The translations under genes and the position numbers were made by a program. The notes beneath the pieces were generated by a model. The model was not told where the DNA came from, ran no database searches, and saw only the letters and a program-made list of their open reading frames with translations. Shown piece after piece: positions 27,709 through 38,482 of a DNA stretch of 64,000 nucleotides (within the stretch, counting starts at the first letter, position 1; each line of letters starts with the position of its first letter). The DNA comes from Euglena gracilis (Eukaryota): contig CP154954.1 of NCBI GenBank assembly GCA_039621445.1, forward strand, positions 2,666,001-2,730,000, read 5' to 3'.

Positions 27709-28129
27709 CAAGGTTGACGGCTTGTTTTTTTTGAAACAAAAAAAAATGTTTTTTTTTAAAAAAAAATATGTTTTTTTTAAAAAAAACAAAAAAAACGTCA
27801 TGGAGGGTTTGGGTGAAAAAAATTTTTGAACGTTTTTTTAAAGGAAAAGGTCATTTTTTTCTCTGCAGCTTCGCAGTCCGTAAAGGGTGATGGCTTTCAC
27901 ATGAACCATCATTTTAGTATTTTTGGATGAAGGGTCTGGAAAAACAAAAAAAAACGCCACTTTGATGACCAAAAACATGACTTTAGAACTTTTTCCTCAA
28001 AAAACGGCCATTTCGCAAGGAAAAAGGTCAATTTTTGCTTTTTCAAAAAAAACATGTTTTTTTGCGTTTTTTTAAAAAAAAACATGTTTTTTTGTTTTTT
28101 TTAAAAAAAAAAAAAAAACGTCAACCCTG
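27709..28129. mobile_element. hAT-like MITE, family CAGGGTTGAC
   Basis: Same TIRs as 13368-13680; perfect 8-bp TSD CCACAGCC. Confidence 0.9.
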
Positions 28130-29217
28130 CCACAGCCTCCTTGGGGTCAAAGTCAGGTCACAAGGCTGCACGCCACCCAAAAAGCAAAACCTCAGACCCC
28201 GACCCTTCAAAATACCTCATACAACCACCATTCAGGCCTCAGAGCAACTGACTTGTAAAATATTTGGTGGCGGTCGTGCAGTGAACAAGCAACGGTTGGG
28301 GTTAGGGTCCGGGTCAGGGTCCTACCCACGAAATACAGGGCAGGCGCCGGGCCTCTCTAAACACGGTTACAAAAAAATTGTGGGCCATAACCCGTATTCA
28401 GGGCGTATAACGGGTTATGCCCACGATTTTTATATAATTTTTGAGAACTGTGTCGTGGACTTGGAACCCTCTGTGCCTAGCTTCCCCAAGAAAAAAAATT
28501 CGCGAAAAAATTGCGAGGTTTGAGGCCAAAAATGGGCCGTCTGTTGAAAAGAGGGTACTTGTCTGTTATCGTACAACCGACGCCCCCCCCCTTTCGGTAT
28601 GGTACAACGCCCTATTTTTGGGTTATCATGGGGTTAACGTGACCCCCCCCTATTCGTCACCCCTCCCTAATAGTCGCCCCCCCTTGGGGGCGACAATTAG
28701 GGGGGGGGGTACCCATGGACCCATAGGCATGTGGGGTAAATTGAGTAACCCCCCCTAATTGTCACCCCCCCCCCCTAATTGTCGCCAGGGGGGTCAAAAC
28801 GCTCCGGGGGGGGGTGCCATATTGGGGGGGGGTCACGTTATTTGAAGGAGTTGGGTTAGGTGCTAATGGCCATGTTGCGGTACACGGCCATGTTGCGCAA
28901 CATGGTCGTGTTGTGCTACGCGGCCACGTAGCGCTACATGGCCATGTTGCGCAACACGGCCATGGAGGTTCGGCACGTCTGACGTGGACCCTCGGCCACC
29001 AGGGGGGGCCCATTTTGCCCCGTGGTGGACAGCTGGAATTTACCAAAGGAAAATTCATTGGTATGGTTCGGCATGCCGTGCCGAGGGGGTTGGCTGACCA
29101 GGGGGGGGGGGTCCCCATTTTGCTGTGCCGAGCGGGTCCAACCACCAGGGGGGGGGATGGCTGACGAACCTCCCATGTAGCGCTACGTGACCGCGTAGCA
29201 TGGCCGTGTAGCGCAAC

Positions 29218-29974
29218 CAGGGAATTTCTTAAGGACCCCCGGGGGGGGGGGGTCCAGCCTCCGGCTGGCAAAAAGGCTGCTGGCTGGATTTGAGCTGCTG
29301 GCTGGACCCCCCCCCCCCCGGGGGGGGGGGGTGGGCGGGGAAGGGGGGGGTCCGGGGCTGGAGGGGGCTGGGCTGGGCTGGGTCGACGAAAAACAAAACT
29401 TTCTGACACATTTTTGCCATTTTCGACATTTTTATGGGTGGAGCTAGGTCAAGGCTGGGGGGCCGTGATGGAGGAAGCTGCGATGAGGGGAAAAAATGGT
29501 ACTTGTCTGTTATCGCACGACACCTTATTTTTTGGTTATCGCACGACACCTTATTTTTAGTCCTATGGGGTTATTTAAGGAGTAGGGTTAGGTGCGCACA
29601 GGCTATTTAGCGCAACATGGCCTGTGCGCACCTAACCCTGCTCCTTCAATAACCCCATATTAACCCAAAAAAAGGGCGTCGTGCGATAACCAAAAGGGGG
29701 TCTGTCGTGCGATAACAGACAAGTACCGAAAAAATGAAGGGACAGGTGAGCTGGGCAGCACAATTGGAAGGCCGGCCTTCGGCCGGCTGGGCCGGCCTGC
29801 GGCCGGCTGGCCCAGCCTCCGGCCGGGCTGGACCCGACTTTATTTCACTTGACCCCCCGGGGGGGGGGGGGGGGCTCCCAGCCCGAATTTGGGCTGCTGG
29901 CTGGATTTGAGCTGCTGGCTGGCTGGACCCCCCCCCCGGGGGGTAGGGTACCCTCCGGCTCAAGAAATTCCCTG
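29218..29974. mobile_element. hAT-like MITE nested in 28554-30098
   Basis: Termini CAGGGAATTTCTT...AAGAAATTCCCTG; perfect TSD AGCGCAAC. Confidence 0.9.
29498..29727. mobile_element. Second Merlin-like MITE nested inside 29218-29974
   Basis: Perfect TIR GGTACTTGTCTGTTATCGCACGACA; TSD GAAAAAAT. Confidence 0.9.
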
Positions 29975-30563
29975 AGCGCAACATGGCCATTAGCGCCTAA
30001 CCCTACTCCTTCAAATAACCTCATAATAACCCAAAAATAGGGCGTCGTACCATAACCGAAAGGGGGGGGGTCGGTCATATGATAAACAGACAAGCACCGA
30101 AAAGAGTTTGGTAACCAGAAAAATTGATTTTGTTTCCCGAAACCATGGCGTGAAGCATATGACCTGACCCTGATACGGCTAGGGTCAGGGATAGGGATAG
30201 CTAGATACCCCTCGGGGTCTGACTTCGGCGACCGAAAGAATACCGCCCCGGTTTCGGGCCGAAGGCCCAGATTCTAACCTGAAAATGTAATTGGAAAAAA
30301 TCACAATCTCTGACAACAAATTACTCCTGGAAAATTCCTGAACACGGCAATATGCCCTGTTTTTCGTGTTCACCTTACCACTAAAAACAGGGCATATTTC
30401 CGGGTTAACAAAATATGCCCTGTTTTTCGTGGTAAGGAACCAGTGAATGAAAATGATGTCCCAATGCCCCAAACCATGGCCACGGCGTCCTGGAAAATGT
30501 TCTTGTGCCATTTGCTTTATTTATTTATACTCATTGCGTTCTTCCTCAGTCTGTTTTTGAAAA

Positions 30564-30977
30564 ATGGCAAAGAAAGCTGCCAACACCATGGACCGAATGT
30601 TGCCACAACCCCCAAAAGTTCCTGAATTTTTGGCCACAATTGAGCAGGGTTGGGAAAAAAGAAAGAACCCTGCTGTTGACCCCTTGCATGGTAACCTTCT
30701 GGCGGAGGCTACCAAAAAGAAAGCATCCGGTTCAGAAGGGACAGAGCAATCCGCATTGGCACACCTCCTTGAATTTGAGGACGTCTGCAATGCGCTTTGC
30801 GCTGTCTATGACGAACTAGATGCTTTCCTTTGTGCTTGGGCAGCTTGGGAGCTTGATCCTGCCCTGTTGTTTGATGGGCAAGCGGTCATCAAACAATGCG
30901 AGGACCCTCCTCGTGTGCCATTCCATCATCTGTGTGCTCTCCTCGGTTTCGAAGCAATTCAAAGTGATTCAAAATAA
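30564..30977 (+). CDS. Intact 137-aa ORF inside a repeat element; homologous to the N-terminus of the 15325-17118 ORF
   Basis: Uninterrupted ATG-to-stop frame with an upstream pyrimidine-rich AG. Both flanks carry AATATGCCCTGTTTT repeats. It shows ungapped similarity to the 16.8-17.1 kb frame. Confidence 0.5.
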   Translation: MAKKAANTMDRMLPQPPKVPEFLATIEQGWEKRKNPAVDPLHGNLLAEATKKKASGSEGTEQSALAHLLEFEDVCNALCAVYDELDAFLCAWAAWELDPALLFDGQAVIKQCEDPPRVPFHHLCALLGFEAIQSDSK

Positions 30978-31608
30978 TTCTGTCCTTTGTTTGAAAGGTC
31001 TTAAGTTTTGGGAGAAAACCCTGAACACGGCAATATGCCCTGTTTTTTGTGTTCACCTTACCACGAAAAACAGGGCATATTGCCGGGTTAAGAAAATATG
31101 CCCTGTTTTCCGTGTTCATTGCCACGAAATACAGGGCAGGCGCCGGGCCTCTAAAGGTTACAAAATCCCCTTGTGTGTGCAAGGCACGGATGTCCACGGG
31201 TAAACATAAAATGTGCAATGATGGAAGACAGCTGATGACACTCATATGACACCTTGCATGGCTGGCGTTTTGTGGGGAAAAATGGGGGGCAAAAAAAACA
31301 TCAAAAAAGGGGGGAAGTGAGACAAAATTTCCCTCTGTCGCAAGGGTACTCAATGGTCCAAAATGCAGGAATGGAATTTTTGTTTGGAAAAAAATCGGCA
31401 CAATTGTTTTTGGGCCATTTTCAAGGGGGGTCAAAAATCTTTTTCTGACCCTTGAGGGGGGTCCGAGGAGTGGGGGGGGGGGGCGCCGCGAGGGGGAGGT
31501 CTTCGGCTAACAGCGCGCCTGGTCTCATTGTTCATCCATGTTACGTTTATTTATTCATTTTTTCAATGGCTTCTTAGATTATTGAAACATTTTTCTATCT
31601 AGAACAAC

Positions 31609-34600
31609 ATGACTGGCAGCAAGCACCCAAGGGACAGCCCAAACCCCAGCCCCTCCAAAAGAAGGAGAGAGGTGTGCCAAGGACATGACAGGCAACCCTT
31701 TTCAACAGCTTGCAAAACAAATTCACAAAAAACAAGTGTTTTTGCAGACCACGGATCCCGACCCAGAATTTTGTTTTTGGCCACAAATATCAGGGCAGGC
31801 GTTTGGCGGGTTGAACACAGTTTTTTTCAAAGGGAAAATTTTGATAAGTTTCAATTTTCTTTTGGTGGTGAAATCGTGGAGTGGGATGACACACGCGCGC
31901 GTGCGCGCGCACACACACGCACGCACACACACCCACACACACGCACGCACGCACGCACACACACACACACGCGCGCGCGCGCACACACACAAACAAACAC
32001 AAATACACTGGCTGATTGTGGAAAATTGGTGATTGATTTTTTTTGGTGAGTGCTGGAGACCAGTCGCCAGCGACCATTGGTGGCACCTCTGGCGACCCCA
32101 CTGGTGGTCGGGCCGACTAGTCGACCGACCACCAACAATATGACAGGTGCACATTTTTGCTGGCGATTGATTTTTGGACCCCCCAATTGAAAGTCCCTCA
32201 TTAAACCCCCCCACTTCTCATTGAGGGGGTGTTTGCCCCGTGTCCCCCGCGTCCCCCTGCGTCCCGCGTCCCAAACCACCCCTCGAGAAAGAAGGCCCAG
32301 GAGAGTCTCACCGTCGATCAGTGTCCAATTGTCAATTTTGGCAATTTGCCAAAATTTGCCAATTTTTTTTGGGCAAATTTTGGTATACCCCCTTCGAAGT
32401 GGCCGCTTTCTTTTGGCGGCAAAGGTCGCCAAATTGACCCCCCCCCCCAAAGAATCCCTCTCGCCGCTTTGGGGTCCCACGGCGCCCGGAGGGCGGCCAC
32501 TTTGATGGGGGAGACTACCCACATTTGGACCCATCCGGACCATTTCCGGGTTATTTGGATGATTGATTTTCCATCCGTTTTGCAGGTGTCTGGGCTGGAG
32601 TATTGGAGGCAGTACCTTGCTGAGCCACGGGCTGTGGCCAAGCTGCCTACAGACCTTCCAAGGCCAGACAAATTGCGTTCAAGCTTTTGTGTTCCCATCG
32701 GGACCAGGGATTTTTTTAAGTTTGGACCCCCAGGGGGGGGGAGGGGGAGTGGTAGGGGGGGAGGGGCCGCCGTACCCCCCTCCCCCCCCCCTGGGGGGGG
32801 GTCCCCCCGGAGGGGGGTGGGATATACGTTTCGGCGCCGCAGGCGCCGAAAAAATTCTATTTTTAGCACTTTTCGCGATTTTTCGGCCATTTTTTGTGGG
32901 TCCCCCGGACCCCCCTCCCCCCCCCCCCCCGGGGGGGCCCCCCCTCTTGGGGGTGGGTGGGTGGGGGGGTGCCCCCCCCACCCCCCCCGCCCCGGTCTTA
33001 AAAAAACCCCTGATTCGGGACATGCGTGCAGTTTAGGGAAGTTCCAAATGTGGGTCCACTGAAACAGTGTTTCTGATACGAAAACTGTGTCCAGAACGCC
33101 GGTTCGGGCGTGAAGCCGTGTTCCAGAACGCCGGTTCGGTTCGGTTCGGTTCGGGTTCCGAACCGGCGTTCTGGAACACGGCTTCACGCCCGAACCGGCG
33201 TTCTGGACACAGTTGTTGAAACCGTGGATTAGGGGCTCTGGCTTCACACCCGAATCGGCGTTCAAGGAATAAAGGCCAATTTCGCCCTAAATACCCAGTT
33301 TCTGAACATTTTTGGGCATTTTTGGGATCCTTTGGGCTCATGGCCATGTCGATCGGCCGATTGAAGTTTTCATCCGTCTGATGCCAGGTTACCCATCAAT
33401 CGAAAGGTTTTTTTTTCAGAATTACGATTTGGAAAATTTTTTTGGTTGGACCACCCCTAGGTTTTTTCAGAATCACGGTTGGGAAATTTTGGCTGGACCC
33501 CCCCCAGATTTTTTCAGATTTGCAATGCCGAATTTTCGGTTGGACCCCGCTGGTTTTTTTTCCAGAATTATGGTTCGGATTTGATCCCCCTTTTTTTTCA
33601 GAATTCCGGTTCAGAGATTTTGGCTGGGTTTCTTCACAAACACGGTTGAAAAAAAAATTGGCTGGAGCCCCCCCTAGGGTTTTTCAGAAGTACAATTGGG
33701 AAATTTTGGCTGGACCCCCGGGAATTTTTCAAAATTGTTGGGAAATTTTTCCCCCCCCCCCCCCCTAATTGACCCCCCCCCATGATTGCCACCCCCCCCC
33801 CCCCCGACCGAAAATTTTTTCAGCCGCTCGCGTCTTTTCCGCCTTGCTTTTGCTTTGTCAAATGTCTACCTTGAGTGTTTCAAGCTCCGGCATGTGTCTG
33901 GCATGCCGCTAAAATGAGTTATTTCCACGGACCAAGGGGTTTGTCAGGAGTCCCTTGTATTTTGCCTTGTCCGTTCGGACCCCCCCCATAATTGACACCC
34001 CCCCCATAATTGACACTACCTGGGGGGTTTGGAGGGTTTCGGGGGTGTCAATTATGGGGGGGGGTAATTACGGTTGGGAAATTTTGGCCCCCCCTGGGTG
34101 TTTTCAAAATTGGTTGGACCCTCCCCTGGGTTTTTCAGAATTATGGTTAAGAAATTTTAGCTGGACCCCTTGGGTTTTTTCAGAATTACGATTTTTGGAC
34201 CCTTTGCGCAAATTCCAAAATCCACTGTTCACCTGCCATGTTGCCCCTTGATCAATAACCCTTCTCAAGGGTTTTAGATGGCCTTAGATTTCAGCCCTGC
34301 TGCATGGTATTCTATTTCAGAAAATCCCCAGATTTGGCCAAATGGAAATTGTTCCACAAAATACCCCAATTTCTGGCCAAATACCAAGAAGTGCTCAGAT
34401 ATGATTGCCTCATGTCTACAAACCATTTTGGACACTCTTTGGCACTTTTCATTTTCGGTCCCCAGGACGCCGTTTTCCCGCCCGAACCGGCGTTCTGGAC
34501 ACCGGTTCGGCGCAGAAATTTCTGCGCCGAACCGGCGTCCAGAACGCCGGTTCGGGCGTGAAGCCAGAGCCCCAATACACGGTTTCAATGGGTTTGCTGG

Positions 34601-37600
34601 AAGCCAAAGGCTTGCCCCAGCAGTCATCAAGGTTTGTGGAGGCCAAGCTGCCCTCCGGCTGCCTCCCCGATGAAGCCCACCTGGCCTCCCTCTTCGCCCT
34701 CCACGTCCACCGGCTGTCGGCGGAGGACGACGTCATCGTCGGGGCTGCCCTGCCCAGCGTGGGCCCGGCGGTGCTGCCCCTCCGCCTGGACTTCAGCAGC
34801 AGTTCCCCGGCGGCGGCGCGGACGTTCGCGACGGTGGCGGCGGCGGCCAAGGCGCACCTGGAGGTGGCGAAGGACGCGGTGCTGCCCCTGGGCAGGGCTG
34901 GGTGGGACCGGCGGTGCGCCTCATTCTCACATTCCTCCACCCAGCGCTGCCGCCGAATGACATCGAGGCGGCGGCAGGAGTGAGCCAGGGACACGCAAGT
35001 GCCAGCCAACTCCAAACAACCAAATGATGGTTGGTTGGTCCCAACATCCTTGCCTGGGGGGTGAGCAGCACCCAGAACAAAGTTGACCATTTTCCCTGTT
35101 AGAAAAACAGGGAGAGGGCGTTCAGGAGCATTTTTGTAAGGCGTAATTTTTCAAAATTTTTCTTGCATTTTTAAATTTTCAGGCGTCTATTTTTCCGAGG
35201 GAATTCAAGCCACGCCTGTGCTTAGTCGGGTGCCTACCTCACGGGGGGGGGGGGTGCTAGGGGCAGGCACCCTATACCACCCATCCGACCTCCCCGGGGG
35301 GGGGTTGGGTTTTGGGGGGTACCTGCCCATAGCAGGCACCCCCTCCGACCGAGGGCCCGGAAAAGGCCCTTTTCAATGAAAATTTTCTGGGTCCCCCCCA
35401 TACCCCTACCCGGGGGGGGGTGTGCCTGCTAGGGCAGGCCCTATAGCACCCACCCACCCCCTCCCCCCCGGTCGGTAAGCACAATCCTGATTCAAGCCCA
35501 AAATCAAGAAAAAAATGTTGAAACCCCCACTTTTTCGAGTTTGGGTCTGTGGATGATGTTCCAGCGATGCCAGTTCTTCCCCCGGAACTGGCTTATTCTT
35601 GCCGAGATTTTGCGACTTCATTTTTCGGCTCGAATTTCGAAAAATTTTCCCAGATTTTTAAAAAATTTTAAGGAGTTTTAAGCCATTGACAAAATATTAG
35701 TTTGTGTTTTAAAAAATGGTTTTCAGGCGCCTTAAAAAAGAACCCTGAGGTCCTGGCCACCTGGGGGGGGACAGGTACGAGCGGACACCCGGAGGTTACC
35801 CCTTATATTTGGCACAAAACAACCGCAAAGTCCTGAATAATTTTTGGGATCTCAAAATGGTTCCCTGTTCAACTTGCAATGCAAGACTTGCAATTCCACC
35901 GATGAAATCTAGCTCTTTCCTTTGGAGCAATCAAGCAATTGTGTGCTGAGGAAGCGCCACTCTTTACTGCAGTGTTTTCCTCAACGGGCAGTGGTTTAGA
36001 CGCGGTGTGTTTTTTTTGCCATACGTTCATGGAGAAGCCCTGATGACCTGCCCCTCCGTGTGCATTCTTGCAGTTTATGAGAAGCTTTTCATTCATTCCA
36101 GGCCATTGGATTTGCCAAAGGGGGATGGAGGTGAACAGTGACTCTCTGGTGTCTTACTTGGTCTCTTACTCCCCCAAGCTCAAAAATTCTGTTTTCCGTA
36201 CATAGCATGCACATTAAGACCACAAAGACTGTGGGGGTTGAGTTGACCGCTCCATCCCTCACTTTGTTTGCCCAGTATGCGTTGGTCTCTTACCCCAAAG
36301 CCCCACATGGTTTAAAGTCGAGCCTTGCTCTGCGCTTCGCGAGTGATTTGATACAATCAGCGTGCTTCCTCTGTCCATTCTCTCGTTCATTGCAGGAGGG
36401 GCAGTCGCCATATGAGTTGCTGCTGCAAGTAGTGGGAGAGACCCTGCGCCTGCACTACCAGACCGCTTTGTTCACGGCCGAGTTTGTTGCAGACCTGCTG
36501 CAGCAATACCTCCTCCTCCTGGAGCAGTTCAGGCTTTTGCATTGGTTTTTTTAATGCATTTTTTTGCCGTTCTCCATTTTGTTGAATTTGTGGTGGGGGA
36601 GCTTTTTTCCACCACCATGTTGTTATTTCAGCGGTTTTTTGAGTTCTGCTCACAATTCCGAATTTTAAAAAAAATTGTATCTCTTTGTCTGGCCATTATT
36701 GGATTTTTGGCCAAAAATACTATTTTATGCTTAAAATAAAACCAAACTCCCAAAATCATGGAAAAAGGTGTTTGCATTTCTCCTCTCCCCGTATCGCCCC
36801 CGCAGATCTCATTCCCAATGCCAAATCTGAATTCTGGCCTCTAACGAGGAAAATTTGCAATTCCCGCACCCTCTTTCTGTCTAACCCCCCCACCCACCCA
36901 CCCTTGTTCATGCCGCATTTGGAATTGATGCGCAGATGAGCTTGGTTATGACAGAAAGCCTTAAAAAATCCAGGACAATGAAAAAAAATTTTGTGGTTTT
37001 GTATTTTGTGTGTGTGTGTCAGGGTTCGATATAAGGAGGGCGTACATGGTTTAGGTGGGGGGGGTACCCCCCCCACCCCCCCCCCTCCTGGCCCGCAGGG
37101 GGGGGGGTCCGGACCACCCCCCCCACCTGCAAGGGGGGTCCGGACCGACCCTCGGGGGGGTTCCCGGGACCCCCCCCAAAAGGGTAAATTTTTTCCTCCG
37201 GCGCTTCGCGCCGAAAATTTTTTGCATTTTTGGCACATTTTTGCCCAAAAAGTGCCCAAATGGCACTTTTGGTCGTTTTGAGGGGTCAAAAATTTTCGAA
37301 ATTCAGCCACCCTGACCGCGCACCTGTTTAGGTGGGGGGGGTGTCCCCCCACCCCCCCCCCCCCCGGCCCCCAGGGGGGGGTCCGGACCAACCCCCCCAC
37401 CTGTCCCTATATCGAACCCTGGTGTGTGTGTGTGTGTGTGTTCCAGAAACGGTGGGAATGACAGCAGCAGACAGGACGTGAACCAAATGTGCATCATGCT
37501 GGTGAGACAGGGTGCACGATTCTCAGCTCTGGCCTGGCATTGACCAGTGCAAACCCCGAGCAGGGGATTTACAGTTACTCCGTCATCACCGCGCAGGCGA

Positions 37601-38482
37601 AGCAAGTGCTGCCTGATGCCACCGCCCCTCAGGACACCGAGTTCCCCGGGCCAATCCCACACTGCTTTCATGCGAATGCAGAGAAGCATCCACAGGTCCG
37701 TCAGCACTGGTGGTGTGTAGGGCCTCAGAAAATTGATGCAATTTCTTGTTGATATGTCGGTAATTGATAACATTCAGAACTAGACACAATTTCAGTTCTG
37801 TTCCCGACGTTGTGGGGTGCATGATGTTTGGCAAGGAGGTGGTGGCCTCGAGGCAGCTACAGTGGGTTCCCTCGACCACTTCCAGCCTGCCAGTCTGGAA
37901 AAAAAAAGTGCACCACTCCGGAAACACAATCAGTGGCCCCTGACCTGTCTTCGTGGCTACGTCACCTCGGGCAAATGCTCTCAAGTCCAAACCGTTTCTC
38001 AAAATTGCATGTGACCCCCCCATTAACACCGACGAGTTGGTGTATCATTTTCACATTATTGAGATCCTGGGGGGGTCAGAATAAATGGGTTAAGGTGCTT
38101 GACATGGGGGGCCAGGGACGAAGCGATGTGCATTCATGCTCTCCCATGTTTCACATCACCCCCAATAAACAACAGTCAATCTGTTCATATTTTGGCAAAA
38201 AGTGGATGCTGGGGATGCCTGAATGCTCTTTTTTGTTTATTGCGAGTTTTTGTGCTTTGTTGTGGTTTCCCTTGGTGGGCCCGGATGCAAGCGAGGGGGT
38301 AGGTATTGATATAAATGGGGGGGGGGTCGGTACAAATGGATTTCTTCTGATTTTTCCGGGGGGGGGGGGGGTCGGTATAAATGGGGGGGTTAACAATGGC
38401 AGCCTCATGCCCTTACGGTGCTCTCCACAGCGCATCGCCATCTCCTACCAAGGCTTGTCGGTGACATATGAGGAGTTGGACC
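31609..38482 (+). CDS. LYS2: LYS2-like alpha-aminoadipate reductase / NRPS-like protein, 5' part only (degenerate condensation-like region plus start of adenylation domain); exons 31609-31671, 32586-32676, 34619-34889, 34955-35000, 35043-35060, 36396-36526, 37542-37695, 38431-38482
   Basis: The exons join in frame to give MTGSKH...EYWRQYLAEPRAVAKLPTDLPRP...FALHVHRLSAEDDVIVG...LPLRLDF...LRLHYQTALF...QYLLLLEQTSANPEQGIYSYSVIT...VLPDATAPQDTEFPGPIPHCFHANAEKHPQRIAISYQGLSVTYEELD. This resembles the fungal Lys2 N-terminus and the NRPS A1 motif. Three introns are GT-AG and four are hairpin-type. A pyrimidine-rich AG lies just before the ATG. An alternative GT donor at 34980 would skip the 18-nt exon. 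Confidence 0.75.
32677..34618 (+). other. Nonconventional intron expanded by nested MITEs
   Basis: CAAGCTTTTG pairs with CAAAGGCTTG. No AG acceptor of the right phase lies before the conserved residues. Removal joins PRPDKL to QQSSRFVEA in frame. Confidence 0.7.
33059..34588. mobile_element. TIR element with GAACGCCGGTTC subterminal repeats inside LYS2-like intron 2; related copy at ~8980-10147
   Basis: Termini TGAAACAGTGT...ACACGGTTTCA; extensive similarity to the 8980-10147 segment. Confidence 0.75.
34890..34954 (+). other. Nonconventional (non GT-AG) hairpin intron, 65 nt
   Basis: GGCAGGGCTGGGTGG pairs with CCACCCAGCGCTGCC (one mismatch). CAG is at +4..6 and CTG at -8..-6, both junctions are Y|R, and removal restores the frame (VLPL-NDIEAAA). 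Confidence 0.85.
36527..37541 (+). other. Nonconventional intron (starts GT, ends TT), about 1 kb, containing a MITE
   Basis: GTT-CAGGC...GCCTG-GCATT|G; removal joins LLEQ to TSANPEQ in frame. Confidence 0.75.
37020..37421. mobile_element. MITE inserted into a (GT)n tract within a LYS2-like intron
   Basis: Perfect TIR CAGGGTTCGATATA; GTGTGTGT on both flanks. Confidence 0.85.

Larger units (their letters stand above)
28554..30098. mobile_element. Merlin-like MITE (GG termini, 8-bp TSD) carrying nested insertions
   Basis: Termini GGTACTTGTCTGTT...AACAGACAAGCACC; perfect TSD GAAAAGAG; long inverted arms. Confidence 0.85.

Noticed and set aside
32229-33265. 277-aa and 315-aa Gly/Pro-rich ORFs
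   Set aside because: Mostly G/C homopolymer-rich MITE sequence; only 32586-32676 is coding.
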